A stretch of 34,776 nucleotides of DNA from Bigelowiella natans CCMP2755. Taxonomy: Eukaryota > Protista > Cercozoa. The stretch spans positions 1 through 34,776 of the forward strand of contig ADNK01000702.1 of assembly GCA_000320545.1 (NCBI GenBank), in the 5' to 3' direction. Below the pieces are notes generated by a model that was not told where the DNA came from, did not search any database, and was given only the letters and a program-made list of their open reading frames with translations. Numbering within the stretch: position 1 is the first letter of the stretch; the number at the start of each line of letters is the position of its first letter. Below are positions 24,544-34,776 of the stretch, piece by piece. The position numbers were made by a program, and so were the translations under genes.

Positions 24544-24802
24544 GTTATCGCTCGAAATCAATATGTAGTACAGGTAGAATTATTACCCAAACTAAAGGAC
24601 GCATTGGTATGCCCGTTGTCCACAGCCCTTTCGAACCACCTGAAACGAACGCGCATCAGTGGACGTTGTGTACATTTGACTCTTATCCTCTTTCAGTCTC
24701 GTCGTCGTGATGAAGAAGGGAAAGAGCGAATCAATGAAAAAAACGGACGGAAAAGGAACATCATCGATAATAAAAAGAGCCATTTGTGATTAACAATGAG
24801 TA

Positions 24803-24870
<68 letters not shown>

Positions 24871-25161
24871 ATACACTCGCACATTGTTACATTAGTGTTG
24901 AGTACCTAACAGCCTCTGCAGTGTCCTTCTTCATGCCGACCCCCTTACGATAGCACACACCTGGATGAAAAGAGACCGACCGCACATGCCAAGCCCGCAT
25001 TCACACACATGTTTGCTAAGAATCCTCTGAATTGTCTTGCACGTTAAGTCTTCTATTGTTGCGTCATCAATCAATATTCTTATACCAAGGTTGTACTGCC
25101 CCGCCGGAGATCCCTGAGAGACGATATGAAACACGCATCACGCTCGTAACAAACACTTCGA

Positions 25162-25201
<40 letters not shown>

Positions 25202-25448
25202 CGAGCATTATCCATCTTCAACTTTCTGTTTCAGTGTTTCTTTTCATCAGTGTCAGACGCATATGTTGTTAGTAATGGAAAGAGCGTGAGCGAAAAAGAA
25301 GCCACAATTCCGACCTTCTCTGCTGCTTTTCCGAACCATCGAGTCGCCTCCTCTTGGTCCTATTTTTGGCATTACACACACACAAAACACACAAAACACG
25401 CAAAATGGCTGTGCTGTACATTATCAGATGGTTTTGAGAAATTCATAC

Positions 25449-25481
<33 letters not shown>

Positions 25482-25954
25482 CTATATCTTGGTCGCTCTT
25501 CATCAACATCAACTGCGCACCTGAAAATCCTCTAGGTACAATATTCCTAGCGAATACATCGACTCTGCTTCCCCGAGCTCTGCTGCTTGGGCAAACCTTT
25601 AATATATGATAAGAAACGGCCAATAATGCACATAGCTCCCCAAAGGCACGACGTGTACGAACGCACTAACATCTTCTCATCTCTCCACAGGTCGAGTGCA
25701 TGTGGATCCAACAATGCATCTTCTCTCCGCAAGAACAAAATCCAAAGTAATCGGGCGTCATCAACGTTCTAATTCAGCTCTGCTTCCACAACGAATTAAA
25801 AAAAAACCATCCGCTCACGTCTACTGGTCATTATCAGCTGTATCAGCTTTCAAGATTTCTCTCCGTGTCCTACCAGTATTCCGCCGCAGTAGCATTTCTA
25901 AGCAGCACACCACGAGAAGGGACGCGACACGCACGTTATTCAAACACATAACTC

Positions 25955-25987
<33 letters not shown>

Positions 25988-26422
25988 CGCTGCTCTGCTC
26001 GCTTCTGATAAGTACATGCGGCATGTAATCTCATTGCTCGAGTACACGCGCAATCTATGCGGGGGTGGGCTGTCATTACCTCGGGGTTCCAATGCCTCTA
26101 TAGTGGCAAACACCCATCTTGTGAAGGTCCTTCGGTTTTCGCCTCGATACGACTAGTTTCTAATAAGAAATAAGAAGATCCATCGCAAATTATTTAAAGC
26201 GGGGAAGAGAAGGAAACAGGGATCTGCATCACGTGTGTAAAGAATTTGCTCAAATTCGTCGTTATTTCCCACAGAACCATACATCCTACACCACAGGGTG
26301 TTCCATGATATTTTTTTTTGAGGTTTCAAAGACCGACACCTACCTTCGTTGAGGCAAACAACTCTGCGTTGTATTCCTCCTGCAGAGAACATCGAGCAAT
26401 GATAGAGCGAAGACAACCATTG

Positions 26423-26459
<37 letters not shown>

Positions 26460-26486
26460 CTTTCGTATTCCAACCGCTTTGAGGGT

Positions 26487-26538
<52 letters not shown>

Positions 26539-27283
26539 CGAGAGAGGGGGGGGGTGGGAGATATTCTTGCCACCAAGAGTAAAAGTAAAGTTTGTTCGAA
26601 ATTCGGTATACATATGCATACCACGCTCTGATGCTTTCCAGGCAATGGGTGGTCTAGCTGCCGATTCAAATGTTGCCTGTTTCATGCAAAATACGTGCAA
26701 ACTCTTACACACAAATACACAAACACACACATACACATACACACAACCGGCCGCAAGGGTATAGATAATGCGCGCTGAGTCAAATTCGGTTAGATAGCTG
26801 CACAGATGTTTCCTTCTGTCATCCGTAGCGAAACGATGAGGACAACAAGCTCAAGGGGCAGATTGTCACCTTTCAAGTTCCTCCTTATCGATCTGATGTG
26901 CGCCAAATAGGAAGAATTAGAAGAGGCTTGCATATACATGTTCCGCGTGTGATAGACGCGCATTTGTATGCGTATGCACGTGTGTGTGTGTGTGGGTGTG
27001 TTTATTGGATGTGCAGCAATCAAAATATCACGTTCTGGTTATTTTCATCCCCGTCGCTTCCATCTTCGGCCGCCCCCATCTTCTGGGCTCCTATATCTTT
27101 CAGTCGCGCATTGAATTCCTAAGGTATTGTTGGTACACCGCAGGTGTCTATATCCATGCGCGCAACCATGCTGCTGTCCACACGTGATATCTCCAAGAAC
27201 GTACACTTTTGAGCTGACCTTCTTCACATCCTCATCCGAAGCATTCTTATCGACTTTCTTCATGTCACTGCAGAGCGAGAATG

Positions 27284-27329
<46 letters not shown>

Positions 27330-27580
27330 TATCGGCTTCATTGATTCGGCGAGTGGGTTGAATACAAGGTCGGTGGCGAAGAATATGATGATGGTGATGA
27401 TGATGATGATGGCAACAATGATATTAAGAGCGATATCGAGTTTTGGAGGAATGGTAAGGTGGTGCATTGTTGTTGTTATTGTTGTTGTTTACCGTATTGT
27501 TTGCTCGTATGGCCTGATTCGGTCAGCTAGCTGAGGATCCTGTATAAAGCAAGATGTGTGCAGTATCCCACGTGCATATA

Positions 27581-27661
<81 letters not shown>

Positions 27662-27774
27662 AAGTTGTTTTGCGAGGCCTTTTTAAAAAACGCACCTTCT
27701 GTTTGACAGTGAGCCAGTGCGGGATTGCAAAATATGCTGGAATGTTATTTCCAAGCTGCGGAAGTCCAGAGGTG

Positions 27775-27815
<41 letters not shown>

Positions 27816-28247
27816 AAAAGTATACTTTAGATCGGAAAAGATCGGAGGATGATTTTCCATCAGAAATATGGGTATAACCTGGTCCTGGTCAGCTCCTCCT
27901 TGGAGGAGTGCCTCGATAACTTTCGTCCTACTCACAGATCATGAAAGTCAGAGAAGATCTTTCTCTCTGTGGTGTAATCCATCAGCCTTAATCGAACACA
28001 ACGACAACTCACGGGTACAAACCTATCTAACGTTCCCGCGACGAAGAGAGGTCCGCATCCCTTTGGCCCTGACAAGTTTCATAAAGCCGATTTACTCAGA
28101 AATGGCGCACAACTTCTGATAACGATCGAGGTGCGTAATATGTGGCCAGTGTCGCATCAGCGCCTTGGCCGTCATCAAGATCACCTAGATTGATGTTGGC
28201 TCCTGCTTTCATCAGAATCTTTGCGATCTGTGTAGTCGGGGAATATT

Positions 28248-28280
<33 letters not shown>

Positions 28281-29774
28281 TCTATCGATGATTACGCCGG
28301 AGGTATCGGATGCAAATTGGTCGGACGAACGTATTCAGCTGCTTGTACGTACGTGTAAAGATAATGATGGATTTGAAAACGTGAGCCATCTCCTTTTCCT
28401 CTCCTGTCCCCATCTCTTCACGTGTTGTTACTATCATAATATTGCCTCCAAGTTGCCGTTCTTCGCAGCGAGCCATAAAGGAGTGAGTCCTGGAAGGCAT
28501 AGAAAGTAGCGTGTGTACAGATGCATACTCAATAGCTCTAACCCACAACGGCGGGAAGGGGGGGGGGGGGGGGGGATACACCGTTGGAAGCTCGTAACAT
28601 CAACCACATTTTTCATCAATACAGAGTGTATGCTTTTCATCATCATCCTGATGTGTGAGCGTGTGTGTGTGGTTTGTATAGATTGTGAGTTCGTGTGTGT
28701 GTGTGTGTGTGCTCGTGGTTTTGCTCCGCACCCGTCCCCAAGGATGAATGTCACAGAATCGTTAAGATATTCATCGCCCATTCTAACCAACACAAATGCA
28801 AGATTCATCACGCCAGTGCTCACATGAATCCCTCTATATATATATATATATATATATATATTTGATAGCTTTATACATATCCGCGCGCATATGAATCCTG
28901 CGGGATCTCGGAACGAAAAACGTTGGCCAAGTTTTACTGAGGAGCATCATCGACACGCACCCACGCACACACAAACACCCCCCCCCCCCCCCCCCCACAC
29001 ACACGCACACACAAACACCCACACACAGACTCAAGTTTTCGCGAGAAAATGAGAGAACAGAGATCTTGCAGCGTGATAGCCTCGTGGAAGGGAGGGGCCC
29101 GACCTCGGTTGGTGTAGATGACTTTTATCGTTTCCAGGTCGCCCTCCCATGCAGCCTTGAGCGCCTCTAACTCTGTCTGTGGTAGATTGAAGAGTCAATC
29201 GAGAAGACACTCTATTCAGTACACCCCTGCTTGAGAGAGCAATAGATGACTAGGATTGACTGATTTTGATATTGCAATGGCGATGAGTCATTAATTTCGT
29301 GGGCATTAATTTTTTTGCGCTTTCGCCGCGTCCAATTGCCGTTTTGTAGAGTTGAGCGCTATGCGGCTATGTGTGCGTGTGTGCGTGCGTTTGCTAGATA
29401 TGCGAATCGAAGCCATACCCCGGCCGCGCTTATCCTCGATTTATGCACAACCACTTCCTGAGGAGTCAAAGCACCAACGCAAGCGACGATATGAGAGCGA
29501 AGTGTCGGTAGTTCGGTACGTGAGTACATAAACTATTGCGCTGCTTGCATAGTATATAGCATATAGTTTATATATTCTCGAGGCAGGATATGATCATCTC
29601 ATCAGTGAGCAATGCTGACCTTTCCAGTCATCAACCGCACTTTCGCATAGTCACGAACCTGTAATTATTAAGAGGCCCAAAAGCGCTTCTTGAGTGTAAG
29701 TATTTTAGCAACGCACACGCGCACTCACACCGATAAAATTTCATCCTTTCCTTATGTAGATTGATATATATATA

Positions 29775-29846
<72 letters not shown>

Positions 29847-30204
29847 CGGGGGGGGGGGGTGGGGGGGTTATGTAATGAGAGAGTCGAGCACATCCATGCC
29901 CTCTCTCTCCACCTTATGAAGTTGTTGTTCCCATCGTGAGTGCGTGTGGGAGGGCGGTGTGTTTAGGAACGTCGGTTTGGCCGTCGCTATTTTCCCGCCT
30001 TCGTGTGTATTTGATAGTGCATTTCTGTGGGTGTGTGGGGGGGAGGGCCATATGATCGATGGTGCATGGGGATGCTTCTTCTTACTGCTCCAGAGGCTCG
30101 ACGACTTCGTAGGTGTCGGGCCTTCCACTAACTCTCCTGGACGATTAGAGGCAAAAACAGTAAGAAAATGGATTTGCCACGCGGTGTTGTGTATATGTGC
30201 GTCT

Positions 30205-30260
<56 letters not shown>

Positions 30261-30425
30261 AAGAGAGGGAGAGAGGGAGAGAGGGAGAGAGAAACTGAAA
30301 GAGTCTTTCTACGCAATAGGTAATAAGATACCCTAGCGTGTGCAGCTTCCCTGTGGAAAGACCTGCGAACTTGATCCATTCGTACTTTGGATCATTTCCA
30401 CTACAGACAAGGGAAGGGGCGGGGG

Positions 30426-30462
<37 letters not shown>

Positions 30463-31303
30463 GCAAGCCATGAGCTTGAATCCCTATTAAACACAACACC
30501 AACACCCCCCGATATGTACAGCGCCCCCATGAGCCGATACTCTTTTCAAGAAATCCCCCCGAATAAATAAAATTTAATGTAATACACACGCGCGCGCGTG
30601 TGTGTGTGTATTTTCGTGCCGGGGGGGGGGGGGGGGGGGTGCGATCTTACTTCCAGATGTACTTGGGAACATTTCCTACGGGGCCGAAATCGTTGGCCTT
30701 TGCGTACACCCATACACCTTTCTGAAGATCATATCGCACATCAACACCATGTTTTGCGGCACGTCAATACACACACACACGCGCGCGCGTGTGTATTACA
30801 TTTTATTTTATAAATTCGTCGGGATATCATGGCGACAGTAGCTTACCATTGCGTCTCCGTACATATCAGGTAGCGCCGTTTTGTTCCTCATTTGCTTCTA
30901 TTTGTATAACGACGCTTCCAATCAAGAAACAACTCGAGCGAGCGATAATATGGATATATTATAAAAAAGCATATTTATGTAAATTCTAGAACAAATGTTA
31001 TATTCGAATATAAGTTGTCAGTGATGATGATGATGATGATGTTGATGATTTATGCTACCTGCATTATCTCGATCGTCTTTTTTGACCATCCAAGCTTCTC
31101 ATCGAGCTGATAATAAGATTTATCACACGTTAGTATGCAAACACATCTAGCGTGGTGAGCGTGCGTGTGCGTGTGTTTCCGCTCATTCAATCGTATATTG
31201 ACCTTCTGGATCAGCAGCTTTCCCAGGACAACAGCAACCCCCCCCACAGCTGCGAACTTGGCTCCGCCAGCTACATCAGCCTAATTATATTATATAATAC
31301 AAA

Positions 31304-31346
<43 letters not shown>

Positions 31347-31543
31347 TTTGTGCTTTTCCAATATCGAAGACTGGCATTTTGTATTCTCTTTCCTTCCCTT
31401 TATATGCTATAATTTGAATGATTAGAAACAAATTAAAACTAACTACTATGCAAACGACCGCATTCTCAAGCAGCCGACGCGACGTTTGGACTCCTCGGAT
31501 TACCTATTTCCAATCACACGATGAAGTGCATAAGGTGTATGCA

Positions 31544-31590
<47 letters not shown>

Positions 31591-31959
31591 GTGTGTGTTT
31601 GTGTGTCTTTGTATATCTCTACAAGAAATACAAAATCTAGACGCGTAAATTTGAATCCTGCCTCACATGTAGGTCGTACCCTTTCCCGTAGCTTCGGGGG
31701 AGGGGGGGGGGGCGGGCCGGGAAGGATCGGGTTCAAATGATGACTAACAAAACCAGCAATAGTATATCAGCACACAAACACACGCCTTACAAGCATACGC
31801 ATACACGTGTATCATCAAAATGCATGATATCTTGCATGTTATCAATGCACACGTTCGGTCGCGCACGCACGCGCACACAATAGAGGCCTGCTGCGTAGGC
31901 CTCATGCAATCAACGTCTATATATCAGCATAAAAGCTACTACATTCCGATACATTTATC

Positions 31960-31996
<37 letters not shown>

Positions 31997-33286
31997 GTGT
32001 GTGTGTGTATGTGTGTGTGTGTTGATGACTTCGATATACTCAGGTATAGAAATCCCCCTCCCCCCTCCCTCCCCCGCCGCCTCACACCCGTAGTTTAGTA
32101 GCCAAACTACAAGCAAAATGTACAAACCGTGTGATAAGTGCCTCCTTATCTTCCTCCCTCTCCTCCTTCTTCTCCGGCTTTCCGAGCATTGCTCGTCTCT
32201 GCATTTGTCTGAGGGGAGGGGAGGTGGGAATGACACGCGGCACGGTAGAAACTACGTCATCACCCATGCACTCACTCACACCATAACAAGGAAAAGAGAA
32301 GGGTGGTGGGGGGGAGAAAGAGGAAGAGAGGGGGAGAGAGAGATCGCGTATTTTCTATCAGGTAGCACCTCCTCATCATTTCTTCTCTATGAGCCTCTGG
32401 GATTTCTGGCACTTTTCCTCCCTTATACGTGTACTGGGAAGAGGAGGAGGAGGAGGAGGAGGAGGAGGAGGGAGAAGAAGACGGAAAAAAAGAAGAAGGC
32501 ACATAAAAATCAAAGATCTATTTTCCTTGCAAGCATTCTCTGGGCACGAATACGAGCAGCAATCACGCCAGTTCAAAGCTCACATGACGCGTTTCCGACT
32601 CAAACTAACTATTTACATTGAGAGAAATTATCATCCTCATCACCATTATCATCATGCTCATCATCATCCATTCTCACCGTTCCCACTCGATACCATCCGG
32701 GAACGCCTAAGACGATGATGTGCCGGTGCAATGCATGCCGAGACGATTTGGTAGCGTCCAAAAATAATACAACGATGTTAGCGCATTAGTGTGTGCTTGT
32801 GTGCGATCGCCCACATCCTCTCCGATAAAATAGCAATCACGAGGAGCGGGGATGAATGATAGCGTAGGAAAGAACACACCGACAACTAGTCTATGGCAAC
32901 CCCAAATGTCCCCTCGAGCCCTTTCTTCAAAGCGTAAGAGTATGGCCGGAAATATCTAATGCTATCACGAACTAGCTACGACCTGTATCTGGCGAGTCTG
33001 GCGTCACCCATTCCGTGTCCTTCTCTTGCTCTTCATTGTGCAAACGAGCTTCGAGGCTACCGCGCTCCTTCCTCACCGATGTCCGCTCGATCTTCGGCGG
33101 CATGTTCGGGATCGATTCCTCCAGCTTATCGTAAGAATAAGGGGCAGAAGCAGCGGAGAAAGGAGGCGTTGGTGCACTGTCTCGGACGAGCGGATTGGCT
33201 GGTTGATTATGGAAGAATTCGGGGGTTAGCGCGGTGATACAACACATCTTTGAGTCTCGCGTGACCGAGAACATTTGATCGGCATT

Positions 33287-33327
<41 letters not shown>

Positions 33328-33628
33328 CTGAGAATTAACGAAAATACAAATCACGAGGCCCGCTTGCCCCTGACCGACCGGGCTTGTACGCCGGGAATAC
33401 GTTAGCCAGAGATCCGAGAAGCACCGCCCAACATAAGGCCGATAGCAGCCCCCCCCCGCTGCACAGAGATCTAACGCGTGCACGTGGAGGTTGGCGAAGC
33501 CGCTGATTGTAAATACGGAACAATTAGCACCATATCAGTCGATTCTATTTCATATTTTCATAGAGGCCTAGCCGGGTAGCGTATGTTTAAGAGATAGAAC
33601 AGGCTGCTACCGGTTGGGGGGACAGCAT
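22325..33628 (-). CDS. Large multi-exon protein: signal/transit leader, TM-like segment, 3 ankyrin repeats, charged linker, ~6 Sel1-like repeats
   Basis: The 5' end reads MLSPQP|RLRQPPRARVRSLCSGGGLLSALCWAVLLGSLANVFP. Ankyrins: LKAAWEGDLETIKVIY, GLTPLWLAAKNGNLE|IAKILMKAGANINL, GPLFVAGTLDR|TKVIEALLQGGAD. Sel1: MGVCHYRGIGTPR|NATAAEYW|FAQAAELGEAESMYSLG, WFGKAAEK|GSPAGQYNLG|VCYRKGVGMKKDTAEAVR|WFERAVDNG, LGDIYFRGEYGVEKDAQMAVRWYEEGA|ERG, ending SSAFRLF* at 22325. Phases are continuous from ~31500 to the stop. Exons between 32-33.3 kb are unresolved, so this could be two genes. Confidence 0.7.
22736..22822 (+). repeat. Long (AG)n microsatellite, intronic
   Basis: Direct reading; representative of dozens of intronic (AG)n, (TA)n, (CA/GT)n, poly-G/C and triplet tracts across the window. 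Confidence 0.95.
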
Positions 33629-34001
33629 CGGGTCGATCGATCCAGCGGTTGATCAAGTTGAGCAATTTCGGAGAAAAGAAGGCCACTGAAATCTGTTGTC
33701 GCAGTTGGAAAACGGCATGTAAAAGTAAAGGAAATTATTACAATACCGGGATAAGATGTTCTCGGCGCAAAAAGATGCCCAGCTCGCCACGCTGCTCCTG
33801 GGACCGGATCCCGAGATCAGTGCAACAAGAATGTGGCGGCGACGCGGCCTACAATCGAACAAAACCTTCTACTAAAAGCGTGTAAGTGATATCCTCCGAC
33901 ATCGTAAAATTCATGTCTTTGTAGAAAAACCGCGTATTTTAATGATTTTTTATCGATACGAACACCCAAAGTTAAGTCTGATCTTTAATTCTGTAAGAGG
34001 C

Positions 34002-34709
34002 ATGGCGGAAGCAGCGCCGCTCGCTGATCTGCTCGAGGCGCTCAAGGCGCCTCAACTACGAAAGCGCCAAGAGGCGGTGGTGGGTTTGCTGAAGCGATTC
34101 GATGGGAAAAGTCAGGAGACAGAGGGTGAGGTCAAGAAGGCCGAGGCGGAGATCAGGGCGATGTTAGAAGCAAAGGCCAAAGATTCGAGTGACAAGGCTC
34201 AGAAACTTAAGGCAAGAAGGAGGGCGCTACTCTTCCCCTATCCTTTATTAAAAAAATAAAAAAATCGAGCTCTACTGGTCTTTTCAAAAATTTTGACTTC
34301 TTCGATGCTGTATGGATTTTTGCACGACGCTCCTCGCGCGAAATAGAGCTGCGATCGACGAACTTGAAATCCCGTGCCGCGTAACATGAGAAACTAGCAC
34401 ATTCGCCGAGCTTTCTCTTTCACTTCGCTGATGTCCTTAATATAACTGTGCGCCCAAGGCATTCAACTAACATGGCGGTTATCCAACCCCCAGGAATGGC
34501 AGGCAAAGCATGGAGCGCTACTCGGAGCAGAGGGTCTTTTGAAGGCGAGAAAACTATCTGAAAAGTCATTGTGATTCACACTGCACTAACACACACTACA
34601 CTAACACACACGCGCGCGCGCGCACGCAAACACACATGTATATATACACACTCACTGTTGGTTTGGGCGTCGCACACTCTATTCATTCAAAATTGCTGTG
34701 TATCCGTAG

Positions 34710-34760
<51 letters not shown>

Positions 34761-34776
34761 TCCTACTTACGGGGCC
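34002..34776 (+). CDS. 5' part of a helical, HEAT/ARM-like repeat protein (continues beyond the window)
   Basis: Exon 1, 34002-34211: MAEAAPLADLLEALKAPQLRKRQEAVVGLLKRF...KAQKLK. A GC-AG intron (34212-34493) follows, then EWQAKHGALLGAE, a HEAT-like W-x-x-K/R-H-G-x-L-L-G motif. Confidence 0.55.

Noticed and set aside
26826-26884. F-box-like 'LPLELVVLIVSLR' exon needing a GA donor
   Set aside because: A canonical 14-nt exon (EELER, AG|gtgaca) keeps the frame without it.
57-33900. Numerous ORF-track entries with poly-H, CVCV, YIYI, LSLS or ERER runs
   Set aside because: These are translations of intronic microsatellites, not proteins.
1-34776. tRNA, rRNA, CRISPR arrays, transposase or reverse transcriptase ORFs, LTR/TIR pairs
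   Set aside because: None could be recognised by eye; no regularly spaced repeat-spacer structure or catalytic motifs were found.

Overview
Eukaryotic nuclear DNA. It is gene-dense and very intron-rich, with tiny exons (9-150 nt) and introns filled with microsatellites. Several proteins carry a signal peptide plus transit-peptide leader, which points to an alga with a complex (secondary) plastid, most likely a chlorarachniophyte (inference). Hand-spliced gene models in order: calcineurin-B/NCS-like EF-hand protein (-); DUF2358/SnoaL-like protein with a tripartite, apparently thylakoid-lumen leader (+); a microsatellite-poor block (~5.6-9.4 kb) with a small orphan ORF (-) and a CxxC...HLxxC zinc-finger gene (+); an unknown 3-exon gene (-); an intronless, N-acylated tandem ABM-like protein (+); plastid-targeted release factor 1 prfA (-); a single-pass membrane thioredoxin with CGYC (+); an ~11 kb ankyrin + Sel1 gene (-); and the start of a HEAT-like gene (+). 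The most striking observation is a 111-bp direct repeat at 21.5-21.8 kb. Its copies differ at 9 sites, all same-direction transitions, and 8 are CpA/TpG vs TpA while CpGs are untouched. This is a fungal RIP-like signature in an apparently non-fungal genome. All gene models were read by eye and need RNA-seq confirmation.
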